From: Nitrospiraceae bacterium
Lineage (GTDB): Bacteria > Nitrospirota > Nitrospiria > Nitrospirales > Nitrospiraceae
Length of the DNA stretch: 64,000 nucleotides
Direction of reading: 5' to 3'
Assembly (NCBI GenBank): GCA_050246315.1
Contig: JBFWWG010000003.1
Location: 330,832-394,831 of the forward strand
In this document: positions 16,625 through 30,267 of the stretch, in pieces
How positions within the stretch are numbered: the first letter of the stretch is position 1
Layout: each line of letters opens with the position of its first letter
The notes under the pieces: generated by a model
Told to the model about the DNA's origin: nothing
Database searches by the model: none
The model's input: the letters and a program-made list of their open reading frames with translations, nothing else
Position numbers and translations under genes: made by a program

Positions 16625-18721
16625 ATGAGCGCAGGACCAGGTGCTGTCATCAGAAACGTCGCGCTCGTTTCCTACTCCGGAGCCGGGAAGACCTCCCTGG
16701 CTGAAGCCCTTGCCTTCGGCGCCGGTGTCATCCCCGCGCCGGGATCGGTATCCCTCGGTACGACCCTGTCCGACTTCGAACCCGAAGAGCAGCATCGCCA
16801 GCACTCCTTTAGCACCGCACTCCTTCAGCTGTCTTATCAGCACCACATTCTGTCCATTCTTGATACACCGGGCGAGCGCAATTTCCAGGGCGAAGCGCTG
16901 GCGGCGCTGCGGGCGGCCGATTCAGTTATCGTCGTGATCAACGCGGTCATGGGTATCCGGCCGCAGCTCATACGGCTCTGGGAGCAGGTCCGCTCGCTGA
17001 GGCTGCCGGCCCTCGTATTTCTGACCGATCTGGAGCATGCCCAGGTGCCGTTCGACTCGCTAGTTCGCGCCTGTGCTGAGGCGCTTGAGGTCATGGCGCT
17101 GCCGTTGGTCCTGCCCGTGGGCCAGGGGGAGCAGCTCGAAGCGGTCGCCGACGTGCTGGCCGGATCGTTACTGAAATCTGGTCCAGAATCGAATCGGGTG
17201 CAGATGCTCCCGCTGCCGGAGGCCTGCTCCGCCCCCGTAGCCGAGGCCAAACGACAACTGATCGAAGCGGCCGCTGTGACGGACGACGCCCTCCTCGAAG
17301 CCTACCTGGCCGGCGGCGAGCTGGCGATGGACCAGATTCATCGCGGGCTGGCCGCCGCGGTGCATAGTGGACGGATGCTGCCGGTCTTGTGCGGGTCCGC
17401 GGTTCGGCATCTCGGCATCCAAAGCCTCTTGGACGCGATCGTGCGGTATCTACCCGCACCGACCCAGGGTCAAACGGACCCGTTCGCCCAGGCGGTCCAT
17501 CCCAACGACTCCACTCCGGTGTTGAGACAGGGGCTGCTTGACGAGAAGTTTTCCGCGCTCGTCTTTAAGACGATCATCGATCCCTTTATGGGGCGCATGA
17601 CATACATCCGCGTGTGCTCCGGCTCCCTCCAAGCCGATACCCCGGTCTTCAACACCAGCCGACAGGTCCGGGAGCGCGGTGGACATCTCTTCACCGTCGT
17701 GGGGAAGAAGTACCAAGCCGTCCCAGTCCTGAGCGCAGGCCAGATCGGCGCCATCGGCAAACTCAAGGATACGCAGACCGGGGATACACTCTGCGATGAA
17801 GCGGACCCGGTAGTGTTTCCGGCTCTTCCGTTACCGCGCCCGGTGCTATCGTACGCCTTGGAGCCGAAGTCGAAGGCCGACATTGAAAAGGTCAGTCTCG
17901 GCTTGCACAAGCTGGTCGAGGAGGACCCCACGCTCGCGCTTCTGCGCAACGATGAGACCAAGGAACTGGTGCTGAGCGGTCTGGGCCAGGTTCATATCGA
18001 CGTGGCGGTGGAACGGCTGCGCCGCAAGTACGGCGTGGAAGTGGAGCTCCACACCCCACGCGTGCCCTATAAAGAGACCATCCGATCCGCGTCCTCTGCA
18101 CAGGGCAAGTATAAGAAACAGACCGGCGGCCACGGCCAGTACGGCGATTGCTGGCTGCAGCTTACCCCGCTGGAACGCGGTACCGGCTTCAAGTTCGAGA
18201 ACAAGATCGTCGGCGGCGCCATCCCTCGCAATTTCATCCCGGCGGTGGAGAAAGGCATCGTGGAAGCCATGCATGAGGGGGTGCTCGCCGGCTTTCCCGT
18301 GGTCGATCTTCAGGTCACTGTCTACGACGGCTCGTATCATGTCGTCGATTCGTCGGAACTCGCTTTCAAGATCGCGGCCTCGATGGGCTTCAAGAAAGCC
18401 ATGGAGGCCGCACATCCTATCTTGTTGGAGCCCTTGATGCATGTCGAAGTGAGTTGTCCTGACGAGTTCGTGGGCGCGGTGATCGGCGACTTGAATGGAC
18501 GGCGCGGCCGTATCGTCACCGTGACGGCCAAGGGCCACACGGAATCCATCGAGGCGATTGCGCCGCTGGCCGAGATGCTTCGCTATGCCTCAAGCCTCAA
18601 CGGCCTGACCGGCGGGCGCGCAGACTATGCGATGGAGTTATCCGGATACGAAGAAGTACCACGCGACCAGGCCACAAAAGTGATCGAGGAAGCCAAGGCC
18701 TCGCGGCATGCCGTCGCCTGA
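16625..18721 (+). CDS. Elongation factor G-like paralogue (EF-G2) with degenerate G motifs
   Basis: SD AAGGAGG; GAGKTS, DTPG, EEDPT, KQTGGHGQYG, DGSYHVVDSSELAFKIAA, LLEP; five-domain EF-G length. Confidence 0.93.
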   Translation: MSAGPGAVIRNVALVSYSGAGKTSLAEALAFGAGVIPAPGSVSLGTTLSDFEPEEQHRQHSFSTALLQLSYQHHILSILDTPGERNFQGEALAALRAADSVIVVINAVMGIRPQLIRLWEQVRSLRLPALVFLTDLEHAQVPFDSLVRACAEALEVMALPLVLPVGQGEQLEAVADVLAGSLLKSGPESNRVQMLPLPEACSAPVAEAKRQLIEAAAVTDDALLEAYLAGGELAMDQIHRGLAAAVHSGRMLPVLCGSAVRHLGIQSLLDAIVRYLPAPTQGQTDPFAQAVHPNDSTPVLRQGLLDEKFSALVFKTIIDPFMGRMTYIRVCSGSLQADTPVFNTSRQVRERGGHLFTVVGKKYQAVPVLSAGQIGAIGKLKDTQTGDTLCDEADPVVFPALPLPRPVLSYALEPKSKADIEKVSLGLHKLVEEDPTLALLRNDETKELVLSGLGQVHIDVAVERLRRKYGVEVELHTPRVPYKETIRSASSAQGKYKKQTGGHGQYGDCWLQLTPLERGTGFKFENKIVGGAIPRNFIPAVEKGIVEAMHEGVLAGFPVVDLQVTVYDGSYHVVDSSELAFKIAASMGFKKAMEAAHPILLEPLMHVEVSCPDEFVGAVIGDLNGRRGRIVTVTAKGHTESIEAIAPLAEMLRYASSLNGLTGGRADYAMELSGYEEVPRDQATKVIEEAKASRHAVA

Positions 18722-18781
18722 CGCAACTGAATAATGATGAGGTTACATCGCGGGGAGGGGAGCAGGCCCGACTCAGTCCGG

Positions 18782-20224
18782 CTAGCCGGTCTTGAGCACG
18801 ACGTAAAAGGCGCGGCTCTCTCTAATCACGCGCAACAAGAGAGATTCGCCGCGACGGGTACGTGCCACGGCGGCTGTGAACTCGCCCACCGAATGCACTT
18901 CGGTCCGATTGACCTCCTTGATCAGATCGCCCTCTCGCAAGCCTTCCGCATGAGCCAGAGTGCCGCGATCCACCTTGGAGACCAAGACACCGTGCGTTTC
19001 TTTCAGCTTGAACTTCTCCGCAAGCGCGGCCGTCAGATCCTGGACATCCAGGCCGAGTTTGCCGTCGGCATGCACCTGTGGCACAGAGGCCGGAACGGCC
19101 CCGTCGCGCCGCTCGGACAGCGCCACTTCAATCTCCCGCCGATGCCCGTCCCGAATGATCTCGACCCTCGCGGTGCTGCCCGGGTCCAGCGTCGCCACCA
19201 CGCGTGAAAGGCGGTTCGGTGAATCGATCGCGGCTCGATTGATCTTGGTGATGACGTCCCCTGGGTGGATTCCCGAGGCTGCCGCCGGATCGCCGTCGAA
19301 CACCTCATTCACGAGGACGCCGTCCGTTTCGGTGACGCCGAACTTCTTGGCCAATTCGGCGGTGAGGGGCTGAATACCCACGCCCAGCCAAGCCCGCACT
19401 ACGCGTCCCCGGGTCAGAAGTTGCTGAACGACCTGTTTGGCCATATTCGACGGAATCGCAAACCCGATCCCTTGGGCAAAATTGATGATCGCCGTGTTGA
19501 TCCCGATGACTTCGCCGCGCAAATTGAACAGCGGCCCCCCTGAATTACCGGGATTGATCGAGGCGTCGGTCTGAATAAAATTCTCATATCGGGAGAGGTT
19601 GATGTTCTCCCGACCCACGCCGCTGACCACGCCGAGCGTCACCGTTCGTTCGAGCCCGAAGGGATTGCCCACTGCCAGCACCCATTGGCCCACACGCACT
19701 GTTGAGGAGTCGCCAAAATTGGCGTAGGGCAGATCTCGGGGAGTCGCCAATTTCAACACCGCGAGGTCGGTGTCCTGATCTCGCCCGACCACCTGAGCAA
19801 TGGCCTTGGTCCGATCGGAGAACCGGACCTCGACTTCGGTCGCGTCGCCGACCACGTGGTTGTTGGTGACGATATGGCCCTGGCGGTCGATGACGACGCC
19901 CGCACCCGATCCCGTGGCACCCGGCTGGCGTTCGCGTCCTTGGTCCAGCGTCCCGGAGGAAGCTTGAACCGGGAAAATGTTCACGACCGACGGTCCAGCC
20001 CGTTCGGCCAAGTCCGTGATCACGTCTTGGATCTGCTCCAGCAGCTTGAGCCCTGACGACACATCATGCGTTGGCCCAACCGGAGCCGCTCTCTGAGCCG
20101 CCGCCATGGGCAAGGAAGGTAGGATACCCAGGGATAGCAGACCCACGGCAACCGCAAGGATGCCTCGGCATCGTGGCTTGTCGGCCAGCGGCTTGTTGCA
20201 AGGCCTTGTGTCCATGCGTCCCAT
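18782..20224 (-). CDS. DegP/HtrA serine endoprotease with two PDZ domains
   Basis: TNNHVV, DLAVLK, FIQTDASINPGNSGGPL; signal peptide; two PDZ-like repeats. Confidence 0.97.
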   Translation of the reverse strand: MGRMDTRPCNKPLADKPRCRGILAVAVGLLSLGILPSLPMAAAQRAAPVGPTHDVSSGLKLLEQIQDVITDLAERAGPSVVNIFPVQASSGTLDQGRERQPGATGSGAGVVIDRQGHIVTNNHVVGDATEVEVRFSDRTKAIAQVVGRDQDTDLAVLKLATPRDLPYANFGDSSTVRVGQWVLAVGNPFGLERTVTLGVVSGVGRENINLSRYENFIQTDASINPGNSGGPLFNLRGEVIGINTAIINFAQGIGFAIPSNMAKQVVQQLLTRGRVVRAWLGVGIQPLTAELAKKFGVTETDGVLVNEVFDGDPAAASGIHPGDVITKINRAAIDSPNRLSRVVATLDPGSTARVEIIRDGHRREIEVALSERRDGAVPASVPQVHADGKLGLDVQDLTAALAEKFKLKETHGVLVSKVDRGTLAHAEGLREGDLIKEVNRTEVHSVGEFTAAVARTRRGESLLLRVIRESRAFYVVLKTG

Positions 20225-20244
20225 GACCGTACCGTTGTCTTCCT

Positions 20245-20880
20245 TTATGCGAGACGTTCAGCGGCCCGGCTGGCCGTAAGTTGAGCTACACAGGGCATGA
20301 GGGCTTGTGCGGAGCCCGCAAGGGCTACGTGATCTCCGGCACGAAGCATCGATCGGTCCGTCGGATTCAGCAAGACGGCTCCACGAACGACCATCAGGAC
20401 ACGCACGTCGTACCGAGGACCCAGCGCGTCGAACGGAAGGCCGATACAGGACGATCCTCTGGCCACCGCCACATAGGTAAAGGTTTCTCCTCGGACCTGG
20501 AGATCACGATAGTAGCGTATCAGATCGTCATGAACAAATTCCGACCGCAGAACCCCCACTTGGACGTTGATTCGCCCCAATTGTTCCTTATAGGCCTGAA
20601 CCTGGGGAAGCGATTGGCGGACAACGTCCTCCGCTGCCAAGTGTGCACCTTGACTCTCGGAGGGGCTGCTGAGGTCACTGACCGCCCGACAGACGGCCTC
20701 TCCAAGTTGACGATGGACTCGCGTCAGCCCCGCCTGGATGTGCGACGCCTGCCAATGGAGGCGCATCAGTTGCACCTTGCGATTGACCCGCTCGGCTACG
20801 GCGAGCGTGCTTTCCTCGATGGTCGTCAGGGTAAATCGAACTTCCTGACGCAGCCGGGTGAGCAAATCGAGGTGGATCAT
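20245..20880 (-). CDS. Coiled-coil protein with C-terminal TrkA-C/RCK_C-like domain
   Basis: C-terminal VARGSSCIG...VLMVVRGAVLLNP...LRAGDHVALAG pattern; helical N-terminus. Confidence 0.65.
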   Translation of the reverse strand: MIHLDLLTRLRQEVRFTLTTIEESTLAVAERVNRKVQLMRLHWQASHIQAGLTRVHRQLGEAVCRAVSDLSSPSESQGAHLAAEDVVRQSLPQVQAYKEQLGRINVQVGVLRSEFVHDDLIRYYRDLQVRGETFTYVAVARGSSCIGLPFDALGPRYDVRVLMVVRGAVLLNPTDRSMLRAGDHVALAGSAQALMPCVAQLTASRAAERLA

Positions 20881-20963
20881 TGTCCGGTAAGGATCGTCTT
20901 ATGACGTCGGATAAGATCTATTATGTAAACTAAAGGCCATCCATTCCATTCATAACTCAGATC

Positions 20964-21590
20964 CTACGCACTCGAAACCGATTCTGCCTGACCGCGACTG
21001 CCCTCCTGTCGCTTCCCGATCTTTGGTTCCGTGCCGTTCCAGAGACGACGCATATTGTCCCGATGCCGCAGGAGAATCGCCCCGCTCACCAGGAAAGCGA
21101 ACACAACGAGCGGGCGATCGCCTCGCAGCAGCGCCACCAATGGAAATAACGTGAAGGCGGCAATCGCGGCCCCCGAGGAATAGCGCCATCGCGCCGCGCT
21201 CCCAACCCAGACCGCAAGCAACATTCCTCCCAGGACCGGCTCCACGCCCAGGATGGCGCCCAGGGCTGTCGCAACACCTTTGCCGCCCCGAAACCGCATG
21301 AACACCGAGAACAAGTGGCCCACCACCGGAGCGAACGCAATGGCCAGCACTATCCATCTGTTGCCGAAGACCTGGCCTGCGCCCCAGCCCGCCACCCAAC
21401 CCTTCCCCATATCGCATAAGAGCGTAAGGAGCCCGGCGTCCTTGCCCGCCACTCGGAGGACATTCGTGAAGCCGATGTTCCGGCTTCCGACCGTCCGCGG
21501 ATCGGGTCGGCCGAGTGCCCGACAGACCACCACGCCGAATGGAATCGCCCCCAGGAGGTAGCCACCGAGCAGCCACAGACCCACTAGCAT
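20964..21590 (-). CDS. plsY: Glycerol-3-phosphate acyltransferase PlsY
   Basis: GYLLGAIPFG, GSRNIGFTNVLR, DMGKG, GHLFSVFMRFRGGKGVAT, RHRDNMRRL. Confidence 0.96.
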   Translation of the reverse strand: MLVGLWLLGGYLLGAIPFGVVVCRALGRPDPRTVGSRNIGFTNVLRVAGKDAGLLTLLCDMGKGWVAGWGAGQVFGNRWIVLAIAFAPVVGHLFSVFMRFRGGKGVATALGAILGVEPVLGGMLLAVWVGSAARWRYSSGAAIAAFTLFPLVALLRGDRPLVVFAFLVSGAILLRHRDNMRRLWNGTEPKIGKRQEGSRGQAESVSSA

Positions 21591-21645
21591 CGCGAACTCT
21601 GCCCCCTGCGGATTTGTCTTGTGTGTCCGGCCAGCGCGCCCGCCG

Positions 21646-22248
21646 CTACCAGCCCCGAATCGTAGTCTGACGCCAGAAATTGGCCAGGTAGTATCCGCCC
21701 GACACCAAGGCCATTGCCAACGAGATATACAGCAGGATGGTGCCTGCCTGATGCAGGTCGAGGAAGAACAGAGAGATCCCGCTGCCTTCCAAAATGAGGA
21801 ACACGATCGCGACAACCTGGAAGACCATTTTGTACTTGCCCAACGTTTCAGCAGGCAGAATAATCCCCTGTGCCGCCGCCACCGCCCGAACGCCGGTGAC
21901 CGCCACTTCGCGGGCGAGGATCAAAATGGCGATCACCGCCGGAACGCGGTCGAACTGCACGAGCAGGATCAACCCCGAGAGCACGAGTAGTTTATCGGCA
22001 ATCGGATCCAGCAGTTTGCCCAATCGCGTCACCTGACCACGCCGGCGGGCTAGATAGCCATCAAGCAGATCCGTGACCGAAGCCACAACAAAGACACCGG
22101 CCGCCGCGACGGCCCGCGCCGGGGTCGGGTCGGCGAACAAGATCACAAAAATAGGAATCAACAGAATGCGACCGAGCGTGAGCAGGTTGGGAAGATTCGT
22201 ACACTCCACCACCCACCCGCGCAGCTCGATGGATTCCAAGCGTTTCAT
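21646..22248 (-). CDS. pgsA: CDP-diacylglycerol--glycerol-3-phosphate 3-phosphatidyltransferase
   Basis: NLPNLLT, TDLLDGYLARR...GKLLDPIADK. Confidence 0.96.
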   Translation of the reverse strand: MKRLESIELRGWVVECTNLPNLLTLGRILLIPIFVILFADPTPARAVAAAGVFVVASVTDLLDGYLARRRGQVTRLGKLLDPIADKLLVLSGLILLVQFDRVPAVIAILILAREVAVTGVRAVAAAQGIILPAETLGKYKMVFQVVAIVFLILEGSGISLFFLDLHQAGTILLYISLAMALVSGGYYLANFWRQTTIRGW

Positions 22249-23208
22249 CTAAGCTAACCCGTGCCTCAAGAGATCGTGGAGGTGCACCACACCGACCAGA
22301 CGCGCTTCCTCGTCCAGAACCACTAGCGAGGTAATCGAAAATCGTTCCATCAGCTCGAGCGCGCTCGTGGCAAGCGCATCGGGACCGATGGACTTGGGGC
22401 GGTTGCTTCCTAATTCGCCGGCCTTGATGTACCGGAGGTCAAGTCCCTGTTCAAAGGCCCGCCGCAGGTCTCCGTCCGTCACCACTCCGACTAGCCCCCC
22501 GCGCGCATTGACGACCGTCGTCATGCCGAGCTTCTTACCGGTCATTTCCATGATGGCATCCCGCGCCGACGACTCGGCCTGCACCAGTGGAATGGTGTCA
22601 CCTTGGTGCATAAGATCGCGCACCTTGAGCAATAGCCGTCGTCCCAACGCGCCGGCCGGATGGACCAACGCAAAGTCCTCTTCCTTGAACCCGCGTTGTT
22701 CGAGCAGCGCGATTGCGAGTGCGTCTCCCATCGCGAGCGCCGCCGTCGTGCTGGCCGTGGGAGCCAGTCCCAACGGACAGGCCTCCTCGGCAACCGACAC
22801 ATCCAACACCGCATCGCTGTGCTTCGCCAAACTTGAATGGACCTTTCCCGTAATCGCCACGACCGGAATGTTCAGCCGCTTCATGAACGGCAGCAGCTTG
22901 ACGATCTCTTCCGTCTCCCCGCTGTTGGAGAGCGCCACCAACACGTCGCGGCGGCTGACCATGCCGAGATCGCCGTGCAGTCCGGCCGCCGGGTCCAGAT
23001 AAAACGCCGGAGTACCGGTACTGGCCAATGTGGCCGCGATCTTCTGCGCGATAATGCCGGACTTCCCCATGCCCGATACCACCACTTTCCCGGTGCAGCC
23101 GTACAGCACTTCCACCGCATGTTCGAACTGCCGGTCCAGCCGTTCCACCAACCCGGTAATCGCCCGGGCCTCGATCGCCAACACCCGCTTACCGCTATCG
23201 ATGCTCAC
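22249..23208 (-). CDS. kdsD: Arabinose-5-phosphate isomerase (KpsF/GutQ; SIS + CBS)
   Basis: [44 protein letters not shown]. Confidence 0.96.
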   Translation of the reverse strand: MSIDSGKRVLAIEARAITGLVERLDRQFEHAVEVLYGCTGKVVVSGMGKSGIIAQKIAATLASTGTPAFYLDPAAGLHGDLGMVSRRDVLVALSNSGETEEIVKLLPFMKRLNIPVVAITGKVHSSLAKHSDAVLDVSVAEEACPLGLAPTASTTAALAMGDALAIALLEQRGFKEEDFALVHPAGALGRRLLLKVRDLMHQGDTIPLVQAESSARDAIMEMTGKKLGMTTVVNARGGLVGVVTDGDLRRAFEQGLDLRYIKAGELGSNRPKSIGPDALATSALELMERFSITSLVVLDEEARLVGVVHLHDLLRHGLA

Positions 23209-24041
23209 AAGACAAACTCCGGTCCCTTGCCCGACGCGTCGCAGAGACGCTTGACCCGCTCCAGCAACCGCTTGAGTTCCGACAGCGGCACCATGTTGGG
23301 CCCGTCTGAGAGCGCCTCATCCGGCCGCGGATGCACCTCCATAAAAAATCCGTCACACCCGGCTCCCGCCGCAGCCGAGGCCAAGGGAGCCACAAACTCT
23401 CGCTGTCCACTCGATGTGGTGCCGCCACCGCCCGGTAACTGGACGCTGTGTGTCGCATCGAAGATGACGGGGTACCCAAGGCCGCGCATCACGGGGAGCG
23501 CCCGCATGTCCACGACCAGGTTGTTATAGCCGAACGTCGATCCGCGCTCGGTCAGCAGGATGCGGCGGGTCCCGCTCTCTTCCAACTTCTTCACCACATT
23601 CGCCATGTCCCATGGGGAGAGAAACTGTCCTTTTTTCACATTCACCACCCGCCCGGTTTTGGCGGCCGCCACCAGCAGGTCGGTCTGGCGGCAGAGAAAG
23701 GCCGGAATCTGGAGTACGTCCACCACCTCACCCGCCGTCCGTGCCTCTTCGAGGGAATGCACATCGGTCAGGAGCGGAACACCCACCCGCTCCTTCACCT
23801 TGCGCAAGATCCCCAGTCCTTCCTGCGTGCCCAGCCCACGAAAGGATCCGATCGAACTCCGGTTAGCCTTGTCGTACGACGACTTGAAAATGTAGGGCAT
23901 CCCCACGGCCTGCGCGATTTCGGCAATGCGGTACGCGGTTTCCAGCACCAGCGTTTCGCTCTCAATGACGCAGGGACCGGCAATGAGCACATGGCGGTGC
24001 GCCCCGCCGATTTTGATGGCGCCGAGCTCGACAACGTGCAT
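23205..24041 (-). CDS. kdsA: KDO 8-phosphate synthase
   Basis: [48 protein letters not shown]. Confidence 0.98.
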   Translation of the reverse strand: MHVVELGAIKIGGAHRHVLIAGPCVIESETLVLETAYRIAEIAQAVGMPYIFKSSYDKANRSSIGSFRGLGTQEGLGILRKVKERVGVPLLTDVHSLEEARTAGEVVDVLQIPAFLCRQTDLLVAAAKTGRVVNVKKGQFLSPWDMANVVKKLEESGTRRILLTERGSTFGYNNLVVDMRALPVMRGLGYPVIFDATHSVQLPGGGGTTSSGQREFVAPLASAAAGAGCDGFFMEVHPRPDEALSDGPNMVPLSELKRLLERVKRLCDASGKGPEFVL

Positions 24042-24090
24042 GGATATTATCCTTCTCGCTCCGATCGAATGTCAGGACAGCCCTCCTCGC

Positions 24091-26496
<2,406 letters not shown>

Positions 26497-26504
<8 letters not shown>

Positions 26505-27570
26505 GTTCCAGCGACGCACTCAGTTGCTTGCCCGTGACCGTTGCCGTCCCGACCATCCCGACGACGATGCCGGCGGCCTGATTGGCAAGCAGCGCGCTGT
26601 CCCGCAAATCGGCGCCAGTCGCGAGGGCCAGAGCCAAAGTCCCGACAACCGTATCGCCGGCGCCGGTGACATCATAGACCTGCCGCGCCCTGGTGGGAAT
26701 GTGCCATTGCACGCCATCCCCTTCGAACAGGCTCATGCCCTTCTCGCCCCGCGTGACCAAGACGGCCTGGCATCCCAGCCGTTGCCGGATCACCGTGCCA
26801 GCTTCCACGATCGCCTGATCGTCATCGCCGCGGACCCCCGCGGCCTGGGTCGCTTCGAGATGATTGGGCGTGACCAACGTCACGCCTTTATAGAAACCGA
26901 AATGCTCGACCTTCGGATCGACAAGGATCGGCACGCCTCGTTCCGTGGCCAACCGGGTCAACGCGGCCATCAACGAGGCCGTCACCACGCCCTTGGCATA
27001 GTCCGAGACGACCAAACAGGACAGGTGCCGCAATCGCGATTCCACGTACCGGAGAACGCGTCGCTGATAGAGCGCCGTGAGTTCATGACGCCGCTCCACG
27101 TCAAAGCGGACAACCTGCTGGTTGTGGGCGACCACGCGCGTCTTCCGCGTCGTCGGACGATCGGGGTCGATGATCACCCCGCCCCGCCCCTTCCGCTTCA
27201 CACCCAATTCTCGCAACAGACAGCGGCCCGCGTCGTCCGACCCGACGACGCCGCAAATATCCGCCTGTCCGCCCAACGCATGGATGTTATTGAAGACGTT
27301 CGCCGCCCCTCCCAGCTTAAATTCCTCCGACTCGACGTGCACCACCGGCACAGGGGCCTCGGGAGAGATGCGCGTGACGCGCCCCCACACATAATGATCG
27401 AGAATCAGATCACCCAGGACGAGCACCGACGCTTGCGGAAAACGTTCGATGAACTGCTGCAGTCTGCGGACGCGTCCGTCCACGTCCTGCGCCGCCAAGG
27501 TCTCACCACCCGACCGACGCGCGACGCGTCCTACACGCGCTAGCGGATCGCCTTTCCGAGCCGTTCCCAT
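26497..27570 (-). CDS. rfaE1: D-glycero-beta-D-manno-heptose-7-phosphate kinase (RfaE domain I / HldA)
   Basis: GDLILDHY, RISPEAPVPVV, GGAANV, SDYAKG, VDPK, VYDVTGAGDT; kinase domain only; start uncertain. Confidence 0.95.
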
Positions 27571-28325
27571 CGGACCCATTCGCTCCAACTCCCCTGCCCG
27601 CTCCAGGACCAATAGACACGAAACGCCTTCCCTCTGATCTTCTCCACGCGCACGAATCCCCAAAAGCGACTGTCCAGGCTTTGATCTCTATTGTCCCCCA
27701 TGACGAAATAGGAATCGTCCGGCACCGTCACTGGACCGAAGTTGTCACGCGGATTAATATGGCCGTCAATAATTCCGGGGTCCACACGTTGTGTAAAGGC
27801 ATGGTCGTCCACCGGTTGGCCGTTGACGAGGATCGTCTTGTTGCGGATATGAATGGTGTCCCCCGGGAGTCCGACGATGCGCTTGATGAAATCCTTTTCT
27901 TCATCCTCGGGGTATCGGAAGACGATCACATCGCCGCGTTGAGGCGCTCCGAACGACACCACCGTCGCCGACGAATAACAGCTGATCGGCGGCAGGTTCA
28001 TCTGAACCTTGCAGTTCGTTGGCCATTGAATCCCGTAGGCGAGTTTGCTGACCAGAATATGGTCGCCGATCAACAAGGTTGGAATCATGGAACCGGAGGG
28101 AATCTTAAAGGCCTGGACGACGAACACGCGAATGGCAAAAGCCAGGAGCATCGCCACGACAATGGCCTCGATATATTCCCGCAGGACCGACTTGCCGGGG
28201 GGCGCCGCCTCCCGCGTCACGGTCGCATCCGCTGCAGTCGGCGGGCCGCCCTGGTCGAGGGGGGTTCGCTGGGAGTCGCTGGTCGTCGGGCGGTTGGAAT
28301 CCATGGGGAACGTCCGCGGCGTCAC
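27540..28325 (-). CDS. lepB: Signal peptidase I
   Basis: AFKIPSGSMIPTLLIGD, FIKRIVGLPGD, GDNRDQSLDSRFWG. Confidence 0.97.
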   Translation of the reverse strand: MTPRTFPMDSNRPTTSDSQRTPLDQGGPPTAADATVTREAAPPGKSVLREYIEAIVVAMLLAFAIRVFVVQAFKIPSGSMIPTLLIGDHILVSKLAYGIQWPTNCKVQMNLPPISCYSSATVVSFGAPQRGDVIVFRYPEDEEKDFIKRIVGLPGDTIHIRNKTILVNGQPVDDHAFTQRVDPGIIDGHINPRDNFGPVTVPDDSYFVMGDNRDQSLDSRFWGFVRVEKIRGKAFRVYWSWSGQGSWSEWVRWERLGKAIR

Positions 28326-28329
28326 GCGC

Positions 28330-30129
28330 CTATTCGTCCTGCACCCGCAGCAAAGCCAGAAACGCTTCTTGAGGAACTTCCACCCGGCCTACCTGCTTCA
28401 TACGCTTCTTGCCCTCCTTCTGCTTCTCCCACAACTTGCGCTTGCGCGAGATGTCACCCCCGTAACATTTGGCCGTCACATTTTTCCGCATGGCCCCGAC
28501 GGTTTCGCGGGCGATGATCTTGCTGCCGATCGCTGCTTGAATGGCAATTTCGAACATTTGCTTCGGGATGGACTCTTTCAACCTTTCGGCCAGTTGCCGG
28601 CCCCGCATCTGGGCCCGCTCCCTGTGGGTGATGAACGACAGGGCATCGACGGCCTCCCCGTTGAGCAACATATCGAGCTTCACCAAATCTGACTCGCGAT
28701 AGCCGAGGAATTCATAATCCAGCGACGCGTAGCCTTGAGTCTTGGACTTGAGCCGGTCGTAGAAATCCAAGATCACTTCGTTCAAGGGGAGTTCATACAC
28801 CAACATCACCCGTGTGGGATCGAGATAGTGCATGCCTTTTTGAACGCCGCGTCGATCCTGGCACAACTGCAACAGGTTGCCGACGAACCGCTCCGGCGTG
28901 ATGATCGTCGCTTGAATGAATGGCTCCTCCCAGCTTTCGAGCGCGGAAGGCGGCGGCAGCTTCGCGGGATTGTCGATTTCGAGCACCTCGCCTTTGGTTG
29001 TCAAGACCCGGTAAACAACAGTCGGCGCCGTAGTGATCAGCGAGAGTTGGTACTCGCGCTCCAATCGCTCCTGAATAATCTCCATGTGAAGCAATCCCAG
29101 AAACCCGCAACGGAATCCGAATCCCAAGGCCAACGAGGTTTCCGGCTCGAACACGAACGAGGAGTCGTTCAAGCGCAGCTTCTTCAAAGCCTCGCGGAGA
29201 TCCTCGAATCTCGCCGTGTCCGTGGGGTACAACCCGCAGAACACCAAGGGCTTGACCTCTTTGTAGCCCGGGAAAGGAGACTCGGTCGGCTGCAACGCAT
29301 CGGTGATGGTGTCGCCGATCTTGGTCTCGCCCAGATCCCGCGTGCCGGTGGCGACATATCCGACTTCGCCGGCCTGCAGCGCTGCAAACTTCTCCCGTTT
29401 GGGCGTGAACTTTCCGACCTCGAGGATGTCGAAGGGGCGTTGGGTGGACATTGTCACCACCTTTTGTCCCGGCCGGATCGCCCCGTCCACCACTCGTACC
29501 AACACGATCACCCCCTGATAGTTGTCGAACCAGGAATCGAACACCAGGGCCTTGAGCGGCTTTGCCGGATCGCCAGACGGCGCGGGAATCCGCTGGATGA
29601 TCGCTTCCAACACCTCCTGCACCCCGATCCCCGTTTTGGCGCTGACCAGCAACGCATCGGAAGCATCCAGCGTGAGCACTTCCTCGATCTGGTGCTTGGT
29701 CCCCTCAACGTCGGCGCTCGGAAGGTCGATCTTGTTGATGACCGGCACAATCGTCAGACGGTTCGCCATGGCCAAATTGGCATTGGCGATGGTCTGCGCT
29801 TCGACACCTTGGCTGGCATCGGCCAACAACAATGCGCCTTCGCAGGCGGCCAGGCTTCGCGACACCTCGTAGGTGAAATCCACGTGACCCGGCGTGTCAA
29901 TGACATGCAACACGTAGCTCCGCCCATCCTTGGCCTGATATTTCAGCGCCACGGAGTGGGCCTTGATCGTAATCCCGCGCTCGCGTTCCAAGTCCATCGC
30001 GTCGAGAATCTGCTCGCGAGATTCTCGGGACGTAATGGCCCCGGTCAGCTCCAAGATGCGGTCGGCTAGCGTCGACTTGCCGTGATCGATGTGGGCGATA
30101 ATAGAGAAGTTTCGGATGAAGCTTTGCAC
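28330..30129 (-). CDS. lepA: Elongation factor 4
   Basis: [44 protein letters not shown]. Confidence 0.99.
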   Translation of the reverse strand: MQSFIRNFSIIAHIDHGKSTLADRILELTGAITSRESREQILDAMDLERERGITIKAHSVALKYQAKDGRSYVLHVIDTPGHVDFTYEVSRSLAACEGALLLADASQGVEAQTIANANLAMANRLTIVPVINKIDLPSADVEGTKHQIEEVLTLDASDALLVSAKTGIGVQEVLEAIIQRIPAPSGDPAKPLKALVFDSWFDNYQGVIVLVRVVDGAIRPGQKVVTMSTQRPFDILEVGKFTPKREKFAALQAGEVGYVATGTRDLGETKIGDTITDALQPTESPFPGYKEVKPLVFCGLYPTDTARFEDLREALKKLRLNDSSFVFEPETSLALGFGFRCGFLGLLHMEIIQERLEREYQLSLITTAPTVVYRVLTTKGEVLEIDNPAKLPPPSALESWEEPFIQATIITPERFVGNLLQLCQDRRGVQKGMHYLDPTRVMLVYELPLNEVILDFYDRLKSKTQGYASLDYEFLGYRESDLVKLDMLLNGEAVDALSFITHRERAQMRGRQLAERLKESIPKQMFEIAIQAAIGSKIIARETVGAMRKNVTAKCYGGDISRKRKLWEKQKEGKKRMKQVGRVEVPQEAFLALLRVQDE

Positions 30130-30158
30130 ATCCCAGCTCGTCCTCGAAGAGACAGGTC

Positions 30159-30209
30159 ATTATAGTAACTGCCCTCCGCATTGTCAAAGCGAAGCCCGAT
30201 CACTATAAT
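30159..30209. promoter_or_regulatory. Overlapping divergent sigma70 promoters (lepA operon / bioA)
   Basis: Minus strand TTGACA-N17-TATAAT (30187-30159); plus strand TTGTCA-N17-TATAAT (30181-30209). Confidence 0.8.
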
Positions 30210-30267
30210 CCGGCGCGCGCGGCACCGATGCGCCGTTTCGCAGATCCTAGTCATCGCACCGCTCTCC

